Positions 29,673 to 36,916 of a stretch of DNA of 43,141 bases are shown piece by piece; position 1 is the stretch's first letter, and every line of letters begins with the position of its first letter. The DNA is from Flavobacteriales bacterium (lineage in GTDB: Bacteria; Bacteroidota; Bacteroidia; Flavobacteriales_F; PHOS-HE28). The stretch covers positions 1-43,141 of the forward strand of contig JAEUSX010000097.1 in assembly GCA_016788405.1 (NCBI GenBank), read 5' to 3'. The notes under the pieces were generated by a model. It saw only the letters and a program-made list of their open reading frames with translations, did no database searches and was not told the origin of the DNA. The translations under genes and the position numbers were made by a program.

Positions 29673-30074
29673 ATGCGGACCATCCTTTTCACTTGCTCGC
29701 TGTTCATCACGGTATGCGTTTCGGCGCAAGCCACCGAACTCTTGAATCAGGAGCGATGGCCCGACGGGACTTTGCGTGCAACGCGCTACAGAGAGGGTGA
29801 CCGCATCCACTTCATCACCTTCCATGAGAACGGACTCGTGAAGGAGATAGGCTGCTTCCGTGACGGCCGCCGCGATGGGATCTGGAAGCAGTTCAGCGAC
29901 TCCGGCGCGCTGCTGGCGAAAGCCGGTTTCCGGAATGGCCAGCGCCAGGGGGTGTGGGAATTCCGCGATGCGAAGGAGCGTCTCACGGGGCGCTTATTCT
30001 ATGCCGATGGCGCGTTGGCGCGAGGCGAGCGCTATGACGACGGGGCGCTTTTAGCCCATCAATCCTACGATTGA
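29673..30074 (+). CDS. MORN-variant repeat protein (YwqK-like), secreted
   Basis: Signal peptide MRTILFTCSLFITVCVSAQ. Repeats of the G-x-W-x-x-F/Y type (RRDGIWKQFSDSGAL, QRQGVWEFRDAKERL). Confidence 0.68.
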   Translation: MRTILFTCSLFITVCVSAQATELLNQERWPDGTLRATRYREGDRIHFITFHENGLVKEIGCFRDGRRDGIWKQFSDSGALLAKAGFRNGQRQGVWEFRDAKERLTGRLFYADGALARGERYDDGALLAHQSYD

Positions 30075-30116
30075 CCGCCTCCATCGAAGGTGCGCTTCAT
30101 GCGCATGGAAGGTGAT

Positions 30117-30124
30117 TATTTTCA
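30117..30124 (+). promoter_or_regulatory. -7-like box TATTTTCA, 4 nt upstream of an ATG
   Basis: TATTTTCA-ACGC-ATG(30129). The spacing matches the recF and fabG cases. Confidence 0.3.
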
Positions 30125-30128
30125 ACGC

Positions 30129-30584
30129 ATGCGATGGATGTGCGTGGGCGCTTGGGCTGCATTGACAGTGACCTTAACGGCTGTGGCCTGCAAGCACGGC
30201 AAGTGCGAGGATGGGCCGACGAGCACAGCGCAAGGAAGCAGCCATAACTCCGGCGAGGATTGCATGCGCTGCCATCTGCCCGATGGTGAGGGGGAGATCT
30301 GCTGGAAGGTGGCGGGCACCATCTTCGACAGCGGTGGGCAGCATCCGTTCGTCGGTGCGCAGGTCCGGCTTTTCTCCAAGCCTCACGGAACTGGTGAGGT
30401 GCATTTGGCCATGGAAAGCGACCGAAGTGGGAATATCCATAGCTCGGAGGCGTTGGCCTTCGGTCAAGGGCTGTTCCCCGCCGTAATTCGTGGCCTTGAC
30501 ACGTTGTTCATGACAGGGGCCATACACGATGGGGCGTGCAATCGCTGCCACGGGATCAGCACGGAGCGGATTCGCACCCCTTGA
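30129..30584 (+). CDS. Small lipoprotein with two CxxCH haem-c binding motifs
   Basis: MRWMCVGAWAALTVTLTAVAC (lipobox), CMRCH encoded at 30261-30275 and CNRCH at 30537-30551. A beta-rich segment lies between them (WKVAGTIFDSGGQHPFVGAQVRLF). Confidence 0.6.
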   Translation: MRWMCVGAWAALTVTLTAVACKHGKCEDGPTSTAQGSSHNSGEDCMRCHLPDGEGEICWKVAGTIFDSGGQHPFVGAQVRLFSKPHGTGEVHLAMESDRSGNIHSSEALAFGQGLFPAVIRGLDTLFMTGAIHDGACNRCHGISTERIRTP

Positions 30585-30803
30585 TCAGCGCAACGGATTT
30601 CTGGCGGCTCTGCGATACAGGAATTCCTGCGCTCCCGGATACCAGGTCATGTTCATGATGAGCATGAGAACAGCGTGATGTACTGGATGAGCGAAGCTGC
30701 AGGCTGGAGTGCTCCAGCGAACGGCCGAACTGGATCATGAAGGAGGCTCCGACGGTCTGAACGGCCAATCCCATCGGGAATAGGACGCTGGCTCCTCACG
30801 AGC

Positions 30804-31217
30804 TCATTTCCTGAACAGATCGCCACTGTTCTCGAAGGCCTTGAACTCGATCGCGTGCCCATCGGGATCCTCGATGAACATGCTCACCTGCTCGCCCACC
30901 TCGCCTTTCATCACCGTGCGCGGCTCGATGAAGAAAGGATGCCCCACCTTCTTGAGCCTGTCGCGGAGCTTCTTCCAATCAGCCATGGAGAGCACCACGC
31001 CCCAGTGGTCGCTGGGCACGTTCGACTCCGGGTTGTAGATCCGGGCAGTGCGGTAGGTCACCGGGACCTCTTGGATGGTGAGCTGATGGCCGAAGAAGTC
31101 ATAATCCACCCAGCTCTTGGCGCTACGGCCCTCCTTCAACCCGAGGAATTTTCCATAGAACGCGCGCATGCGCTTCAGGTCGGTGGTGGCGAAGGCGATG
31201 TGGAAGTGGCCGTTCAT
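30804..31217 (-). CDS. VOC (glyoxalase / bleomycin-resistance / dioxygenase) family protein
   Basis: HFHIAFATTDLKRMRAFYGKFLGL...HWGVVL...FIEDPDGHAIEFK, a typical paired beta-alpha-beta-beta-beta VOC pattern. Confidence 0.85.
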   Translation of the reverse strand: MNGHFHIAFATTDLKRMRAFYGKFLGLKEGRSAKSWVDYDFFGHQLTIQEVPVTYRTARIYNPESNVPSDHWGVVLSMADWKKLRDRLKKVGHPFFIEPRTVMKGEVGEQVSMFIEDPDGHAIEFKAFENSGDLFRK

Positions 31218-31244
31218 GGTGCATCAGTGTCGCTCACAAAGTAA

Positions 31245-31277
31245 GCAGGCCCTGGATCCAACGGAGCCAGGGCCTGC
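31245..31277 (-). terminator. Stem-loop between the acidic-tail gene and the VOC gene (11-bp stem, 11-nt loop)
   Basis: GCAGGCCCTGG (31245-31255) and CCAGGGCCTGC (31267-31277) are exact reverse complements. On the minus strand the stem-loop is followed by TTACTTTG. Confidence 0.5.
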
Positions 31278-31301
31278 GGTCAGCGCCACAAGGGGTGGCG
31301 A

Positions 31302-31727
31302 TCAGTCATCGTCTTCGTCCTTCTCATCGTCGTCCCCAGCGTCATCCTCATCATCGTCGTCCTCATCTTCATCCTCATCGTCATCCATGTCATCATCCGC
31401 GTCGTCGTCGTCTGCGCCCTCCGCGTCCAGATCGCTTTCGCCTTCATCGCCAGGTTCGATGCCGCCTTCTTCATCGCCATCATCGGCGCCAGGGCCGCTG
31501 TCATTGTCCTGATCCAGGAACTCTTCGATCTCGGCACGGCTCTCGGCGTTGATCTTGATCAGGTAGAGGGCTTCCGGCGTCTTCAGCTCGATCACACGGA
31601 GCATTTCCCCCTTGGCTGTGGGGATGGTCTTGATGTGTGTGCCATCTATGCCATCAGGGTATTGTTCCTGAAGGGTCTCCTTGAGCTCGTCGGTCAAGGT
31701 GTTGAAGGATCGGATCAGTCGCTGCAT
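31302..31727 (-). CDS. Hypothetical protein: ~70-aa globular N-domain plus a hyperacidic 70-aa tail
   Basis: 141 aa. Residues 72-141 contain 46 Asp/Glu and one Lys, and 33 of the last 41 residues are D/E. The start lies 4 nt after the DHS-like stop. Confidence 0.65.
   Translation of the reverse strand: MQRLIRSFNTLTDELKETLQEQYPDGIDGTHIKTIPTAKGEMLRVIELKTPEALYLIKINAESRAEIEEFLDQDNDSGPGADDGDEEGGIEPGDEGESDLDAEGADDDDADDDMDDDEDEDEDDDDEDDAGDDDEKDEDDD
31305..31514 (-). repeat. GAY/GAR-rich low-complexity coding tract (poly-Asp/Glu)
   Basis: Runs of GAT/GAC/GAA/GAG codons on the minus strand. They read as poly-Ser/poly-Pro/poly-His in the plus-strand frames. Confidence 0.85.
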
Positions 31728-31731
31728 GGGG

Positions 31732-32760
31732 TCACATGTCGAGGACGTAGGCGAAGATCAGGGGCGCCACAATAGTAGCATCGCTCTCGATGATATGCTT
31801 CGGCGTATCGGCATCGAGCTTGCCCCAGGTGATCTTCTCGTTGGGCACTGCGCCGCTGTAGCTGCCGTAACTGGTGGTGCTGTCACTGATCTGGCAGAAG
31901 TAGCTCCAGAAGGGGATGTGCTCCCGTTGCAGGTCCTGATGCAGCATGGGCACCACGCAGATGGGGAAATCGCCTGCGATCCCGCCCCCGATCTGGAAGA
32001 ATCCGATGCCGTCGGTGCCGCAGTTGGCCGTGTACCATTCCGCGAGGAACATCATGTACTCGATGCCGCTCTTCATCATCTGGGGCTTGCAATCGCCGGT
32101 GATGCAATGCCCGGCGAAGATGTTCCCCAATGTGCTGTCCTCCCAGCCCGGGCAGATGATCGGCAGGTTGCGCTCGGCGGCGGCCACCATCCAGCTATCC
32201 TTCGGGTCGATCTGGTAATACTGCTTCAGGACGCCCGAGTTGATCATCTCGTAGAAGTACTGATGAGGGAATCGGCGGTTACCGCTCTGGTCATCGGCGG
32301 TCCAAAGGTCGAGCACATGCTTCTCCAGGCGCCTGAACGCCTCGTGCTCCGGGATGCACGTATCCGTCACACGGTTCATGCCGCGATCGAGCAAGGCGCG
32401 CTCCTGCTGCGGAGTGAGGTCGCGGTAGTTCGGGATGCGTTCGTAATGGTCGTGCGCCACCAGGTTCATCACATCCTCCTCCAGGTTGGCGCCGGTGCAG
32501 CTGATGATGTCCACCTTGCCTTGGCGGATCATCTCCGCGAGGATCTTCCCGAGCTCGCCTGTGCTCATCGCGCCAGCCAGCGTGATCATCATCTTCCGGC
32601 CCTTGTCGAGGTGCTCCTTGTAGCCTTTGGCGGCATCAACCAGAGCTGCGGCATTGAAATGCAAGTAGTGACGCTCCATGAAGGCGGAGACGGGCCGTGA
32701 TCCGGTGCCCGCAGCAGTTCCGACGGTCGGGGCGGGCTTGGTGAGGGGCAGCGTGGACAT
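31732..32760 (-). CDS. Deoxyhypusine synthase family protein (bacterial DHS-like, homospermidine-synthase candidate)
   Basis: MITLAGAMSTGELGKILAEMIRQGKVDIISCTGANLEEDV, and NEKITWGKLD (K codon at 31819-31821), which matches the EAVSWGK catalytic-lysine context of eukaryotic DHS. Start at MSTLPLT (32760). Confidence 0.85.
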   Translation of the reverse strand: MSTLPLTKPAPTVGTAAGTGSRPVSAFMERHYLHFNAAALVDAAKGYKEHLDKGRKMMITLAGAMSTGELGKILAEMIRQGKVDIISCTGANLEEDVMNLVAHDHYERIPNYRDLTPQQERALLDRGMNRVTDTCIPEHEAFRRLEKHVLDLWTADDQSGNRRFPHQYFYEMINSGVLKQYYQIDPKDSWMVAAAERNLPIICPGWEDSTLGNIFAGHCITGDCKPQMMKSGIEYMMFLAEWYTANCGTDGIGFFQIGGGIAGDFPICVVPMLHQDLQREHIPFWSYFCQISDSTTSYGSYSGAVPNEKITWGKLDADTPKHIIESDATIVAPLIFAYVLDM

Positions 32761-32944
32761 CAGCGGTTGCGGGTTGATCGTAGGGGGGCGAAATATAGAA
32801 GCCGAGAAAGCCGGACAGCGGGCCCTGTGCTGCTGCTGTGCCCGGCCTGGACCGCAATGCGGTACCGACCGCTGGATCGCCATGACCAACGGCAGGTCAG
32901 CTCGTGAGCTCGGCTTCTACTTTCGACCCACCAATTAGAACACA

Positions 32945-33403
32945 ATGGATCGGATTGAATTGAAGAAGGCCGTGCTGGACGCAGCGCGCACGCGGCTCGG
33001 GGAACTGGAGAACGACCTGCGCGCCCGCATCGCGGAACTGAGGGCCGTTACCATCGGCGATGAGAATTCCGAAAGCGCCAGCCAGACCGAGCATACGCGC
33101 GGCGGGGACGTGGATCTGATGAGTTCCCTCGGCGCGCAATTGGAGCATGTCCTCCAGGATGCCGAGCGCTTGGAGCGCATGGCGCCTGTTGAGCTTCTCG
33201 ATAGCGTGGGGTTCGGCGCGGTGGTGCATACCGATCAGCGCAACCTGCTCGTCGGCGTGAGCCTTGAGGAATTCGAAACGAATGGCAGACGATACCTGGG
33301 CGTAACAGCGAAGGCGCCCCTGGTGCAAGCGCTGCTCGGCCTGCGAGCCGGGGATTCGGCTCAGGTGCAGGGGGTGAGCTGCACCGTGCAGGAAGTCTGC
33401 TGA
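32945..33403 (+). CDS. GreA/GreB-family-like protein (short form)
   Basis: N-terminal coiled coil with an acidic tip (IGDENSESASQ, compare GDLSENAEY). C-terminal GVTAKAPLVQALLGLRAGDSAQVQG resembles the Gre C-terminal S-P-l-G-x-A-L-l-G-x-x-x-G-D motif. Confidence 0.55.
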   Translation: MDRIELKKAVLDAARTRLGELENDLRARIAELRAVTIGDENSESASQTEHTRGGDVDLMSSLGAQLEHVLQDAERLERMAPVELLDSVGFGAVVHTDQRNLLVGVSLEEFETNGRRYLGVTAKAPLVQALLGLRAGDSAQVQGVSCTVQEVC

Positions 33404-33437
33404 CTTTCTTTGGCGTCGCAATCCTCATCCGGATCAC

Positions 33438-33977
33438 ATGGAACTCTACGACATCTCCATCGGCGCCCGCGTGAAGCACCCGACCATGGGCGTAGGTGTG
33501 GTGTATGATATCGACGCCCGCACCGTCCATGTGTTCTTCAAGGACCATGGCGAGCAGCCCATCAGCCGCAGCTTCGAGGGACTGGTCACCATCGCCCCGG
33601 GCATGGAGATCGGGCAGGAGCCACTGGATCTTGAGGCCGTCCGCGACTGCCTGCGCGAGGTGCTTGAGGAGATGCAGGCGCCACAGCGCCCGGTGGACTT
33701 GGCGCGCAGGTTCGAAGGCGGTCATCTCATCCTGAAGCCGAAGGATTCCGCGCTCCAGCCCAAGGAGATGCCCATCGATGACTTCTTCCATAAGATCGTC
33801 ATGATCCGCGACCGATTCCGCGTGCTGGAGCAGAAGATCAACGCGCACGAGCGGCTATCCGAGGCTGATAAGGTGGAACTGCAGCAGTACATCACGCGTT
33901 GCTACGGCTCGCTCACGAGCTTCAATATCCTGTTCGCTGATAAGGAGGATCACTTCGTTGGGCAGAAGGGCGAGTAG
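33438..33977 (+). CDS. Hypothetical protein with an N-terminal SH3/Tudor-like G-x-x-V-x-H-x-x-x-G-x-G-x-V motif
   Basis: IGARVKHPTMGVGVVYDID resembles the small beta-barrel motif found at UvrD/PcrA C-termini and in CarD-like proteins. The remainder is helical. It starts 34 nt after the Gre-like gene. Confidence 0.5.
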   Translation: MELYDISIGARVKHPTMGVGVVYDIDARTVHVFFKDHGEQPISRSFEGLVTIAPGMEIGQEPLDLEAVRDCLREVLEEMQAPQRPVDLARRFEGGHLILKPKDSALQPKEMPIDDFFHKIVMIRDRFRVLEQKINAHERLSEADKVELQQYITRCYGSLTSFNILFADKEDHFVGQKGE

Positions 33978-33995
33978 CGGGCGCGCTCCCGCCTG

Positions 33996-34003
33996 TACTT
34001 TCG
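33996..34003 (+). promoter_or_regulatory. -7-like box TACTTTCG, 4 nt upstream of the fabG ATG
   Basis: TACTTTCG-CCGC-ATG(34008). Confidence 0.35.
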
Positions 34004-34007
34004 CCGC

Positions 34008-34757
34008 ATGTCAATCCTCACCGGAAAAACCGCCCTGATCACCGGCGGCTCCCGCGGCATCGGCCGGGGCATCGTGGAGCGCTTCCTCGAAGAAGGCGCC
34101 GATGTGGCATTCACCTATGTTAGCAGCCCTGACAAGGCGAGCGCCCTGGCCACGGAATTGGCAGCTAAGCACGGTCGCCAGGTGCTCGCCATCCAGAGCG
34201 ATGCCGGTGATTTCAACAGTTCACAGGCCGCGGTGGACCAGGTGGTCGCCGCCTGGGGCAGGCTCGATGCCTTGGTGAACAACGCTGGAATCACGAAGGA
34301 TCAGCTGCTCATGCGCATGAGCGAGGCCGACTGGGACGCTGTGATCGCCACCAACTTGAAGAGCGTCTTCAACATGACCAAGGCCGTCATGCGCACCATG
34401 CTGAAGCAGCGCAGCGGCAGCATCATCAACATGAGCAGCGTGGTGGGCGTGAAGGGCAACGCTGGCCAGGCCAACTACGCTGCCAGCAAGGCCGGCATCA
34501 TCGGCTTCACCAAGAGCGTGGCCCTGGAGCTCGGTAGCCGCAATATCCGCAGCAATGCCATCGCGCCCGGCTTCATCGAGACCGAGATGACCGCGGCGCT
34601 GGATGTCAAGGTGGTGGAGCAATGGCGCGAGGGCATACCCCTGAAGCGCGGAGGCACGCCCACCGACGTGGCCAATGCCTGCCTTTTCCTCGCCAGCGAC
34701 CTCAGCGCGTACATCACCGGCCAGACCCTGCACGTGTGCGGAGGCATGACGACGTGA
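34008..34757 (+). CDS. fabG: 3-oxoacyl-ACP reductase
   Basis: ITGGSRGIGRG, NNAGIT, SSVVG...YAASKAG (S-YxxxK). 249 aa. Confidence 0.94.
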   Translation: MSILTGKTALITGGSRGIGRGIVERFLEEGADVAFTYVSSPDKASALATELAAKHGRQVLAIQSDAGDFNSSQAAVDQVVAAWGRLDALVNNAGITKDQLLMRMSEADWDAVIATNLKSVFNMTKAVMRTMLKQRSGSIINMSSVVGVKGNAGQANYAASKAGIIGFTKSVALELGSRNIRSNAIAPGFIETEMTAALDVKVVEQWREGIPLKRGGTPTDVANACLFLASDLSAYITGQTLHVCGGMTT

Positions 34758-34832
34758 GCCAGCAGGGTGATTCGCGCACGTATGCCTCATCGCAGTTGAT
34801 CGAATCGTGCCAGACTTGATCCACGCAGCAGC

Positions 34833-36914
34833 GTGAACCTCACCACCGCCCACTCCCTTTGGCTAGCGCCCTTGTGCATCGCGCTCGGGGTTGGGCTGGC
34901 CTGGTGGCTCTATTGCCGACGCGGAGGGAAGGAAGGATTTGAGCCGCGACTGGCATTGACCATGGCGGTGCTGCGTGCCCTGTCCGTGGCGCTGATCGCC
35001 TTCTTCCTGCTGGAGCCCATGCTGCGCATGTTGGTGCGCGAAGTGCGCCGACCCGTTGTGGCCCTCCTTCATGATGGCTCCGCGTCGTTGCGATTCGCGG
35101 GCGATACAGCCGCGTTGCGAAGCGCCTACCCGGAAGCGCTCCGCGCCATGCAGGAACGCTTGGGCAAGGAGTATGACGTGCGCGCCTTCACATACGGCTC
35201 CGCTCTGGGCGATGGCCTGCGGTTCGAACAGGATGCCAGCACCACCGACCTCTCCTACGCGCTGCGCGAAATGCAGGACCGTTTCGGTGGTCCCGACCTC
35301 GCCGCTGTGGTGGTCGATGGCGATGGCATCATGAACCGGGGGCGTGACCCGCGCTTGGATGCGGAACGGCTGGGCGTGCCGATCCACACGATCGCTCTGG
35401 GGGACACCACCGTGCGTCCCGATCTGCTGGTGAAGGCGGTAGACCACAACCGCATGTGCTTCGTTGGGAACGAATTCCCTGTGCGGGCGCGCATCGCCGC
35501 AAGGCATCTCAAAGGTCAGCGCGCGCGCGTGCACTTGAAGCTGGGCGATCGCATCATCGCCACCCAGGAGCTGACCCTGGACAGCGAGCCCTTCTTGCGC
35601 GAGGTCGCCTTCTCTGCCAAGGCGGAGAAGCCAGGGACATTGCGCTACACGGTCCAGGCCGTGCCGCTCGATGCGGAGCAGAGCGTGGTGAACAACGCGC
35701 AGGACTTCTTCATCGAGGCGCTCGATGCACGGCAGAGGATCCTGTTGCTGGCCGCGGCGCCGCACCCTGACCTCGGTGCGATGCGCTCGGCGCTGAGCGG
35801 CATGGAAGGGTACGCGGTGGAGCTTGCTTATGCAGGCGCATTCGCAGGCGCAGCGGATGAGTTCGATCTGATCGTGCTGCACCAGTTGCCGGGCGGCAAA
35901 GCCGATATCAGCGGCTTCCTCGAGCGGGCAAGAGCCAAAGCGGTGCCTGTCCTGTACGTCTTGGGCCAGTCCACCTCATTCGAGGCATACAACGCGCAGT
36001 TCGCCGGCGTCCGCGTAAGCGGTGCGCGGCAAGCGATCACCGATGCGCAAGCGGCCGTCGACGGTGCATTTCCCTACTACACCGTCGAGGCGGATGTCGC
36101 GCACGCCCTCGAGCGCTATCCGCCCTTGCAGGTGCCCTTCGCGCAATATGAGCTGGGGCGCGCCGCTTCAGCCCTTGCCTGGCAACGCGTCGGTGCCGTG
36201 CGCGCCGATGCGCCGCTCATCGCGGTGGCGCAGCAGGAGGGACTGCGCTCAGCCACCATCTGCGGCGAAGGCCTCTGGCGCTGGCGCATGGCCGATCACC
36301 AGATGCACGGCTCCTTCGAGCGCTTCGACCGTTTCATCACCAAGCTGGTGCAGTTCCTCGCCATCAAGGCGGACAAGAAGCGCTTCCGCGTGGAAGGACC
36401 TGCCGTGGTTGCCGCGGATGAAGCGGTGGTCTTCACGGCGGAACTTTATGATGCGGCTTACGAACGGGTCAACGATGCAGAGGCGGGCATCACCTTGAAG
36501 GATGACGAGGGGAAGGAGTACCCTTTCGCATTCGCGCCTACTGGCGACGGGTACCGCGTGAGCGCTGGCGCGCTGCCCGCTGGGCGATACGCCTGGAGCG
36601 CGGTGGCCATGCTGAAAGGTGAACGGTTCGCGGCGCAGGGCGAATTGCACGTGCGCGCCTTGATCGCCGAGCAGATGAGCACCGTTGCCGATCATGCGCT
36701 GCTGGCCGATCTCGCGGCGCGCAGCAATGGCATCCTGCGGGGACCGAAGGAGCTGGACGCCATCGCCGCGGCCATCGAATCGGGCGGGGGAGTGGCGCGC
36801 TCTTATGTGCAGCCTCGCTTCACGGATTTGATCGAGGCACGCTGGATCTTCCTCATCATCCTGGTGCTCCTCGCAGCGGAATGGGTCTTGCGGCGACGCA
36901 ACGGCGCGTATTGA
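34833..36914 (+). CDS. Large membrane-anchored protein (two N-terminal TM helices, one C-terminal TM helix, VWA-like segment)
   Basis: GTG start. Helices LWLAPLCIALGVGLAWWLY and LALTMAVLRALSVALIAFFLLEP, with C-terminal WIFLIILVLLAAEWVL. VVDGDGIMNRGRDP resembles the BatA-type VWA segment. Confidence 0.55.
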   Translation: MNLTTAHSLWLAPLCIALGVGLAWWLYCRRGGKEGFEPRLALTMAVLRALSVALIAFFLLEPMLRMLVREVRRPVVALLHDGSASLRFAGDTAALRSAYPEALRAMQERLGKEYDVRAFTYGSALGDGLRFEQDASTTDLSYALREMQDRFGGPDLAAVVVDGDGIMNRGRDPRLDAERLGVPIHTIALGDTTVRPDLLVKAVDHNRMCFVGNEFPVRARIAARHLKGQRARVHLKLGDRIIATQELTLDSEPFLREVAFSAKAEKPGTLRYTVQAVPLDAEQSVVNNAQDFFIEALDARQRILLLAAAPHPDLGAMRSALSGMEGYAVELAYAGAFAGAADEFDLIVLHQLPGGKADISGFLERARAKAVPVLYVLGQSTSFEAYNAQFAGVRVSGARQAITDAQAAVDGAFPYYTVEADVAHALERYPPLQVPFAQYELGRAASALAWQRVGAVRADAPLIAVAQQEGLRSATICGEGLWRWRMADHQMHGSFERFDRFITKLVQFLAIKADKKRFRVEGPAVVAADEAVVFTAELYDAAYERVNDAEAGITLKDDEGKEYPFAFAPTGDGYRVSAGALPAGRYAWSAVAMLKGERFAAQGELHVRALIAEQMSTVADHALLADLAARSNGILRGPKELDAIAAAIESGGGVARSYVQPRFTDLIEARWIFLIILVLLAAEWVLRRRNGAY

Positions 36915-36916
36915 GC

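Noticed and set aside
30704-30717. The palindrome CTGGAG-TG-CTCCAG as a terminator or operator.
   Set aside because: A 6-bp stem with a 2-nt loop cannot form a stable hairpin. As a dyad operator it is unsupported by any second copy in the window.
30556-30774. A 72-aa minus-strand ORF (and the 69-aa ORF at 30653-30862) in the unassigned gap.
   Set aside because: They overlap the 3' ends of the flanking genes, have no signal peptide, TM helix or motif, and their codon usage drifts away from the genome-typical high GC3. They are recorded only as part of the unassigned-region finding.
31168-31512. A plus-strand 114-aa ORF encoding long poly-Ser runs, plus the poly-His/Arg/Pro ORF at 31295-31552 and the 31280-31537 minus-strand ORF.
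   Set aside because: These are alternative-frame readings of the GAY/GAR codon tract of the hyperacidic-tail gene. Only the minus-strand frame continues into a globular N-domain and abuts the DHS-like gene.
31681-32700. A 339-aa plus-strand ORF covering the DHS-like locus.
   Set aside because: It is antisense to a gene with a clear deoxyhypusine-synthase signature, and its translation is low-complexity (Ala/Val/Leu/His/Asp-rich) with no motifs.
33405-33412. The shared TTTCTTTG(G)CGTC motif upstream of the gene at 33438 and, on the minus strand, upstream of protease B (near 41448-41460), as a common regulatory site.
   Set aside because: There are only two occurrences, both ~24-25 nt before the ATG. 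It is most simply a TTnnTTTG variant of the -7 promoter box rather than a specific operator, so I did not list it as a feature.
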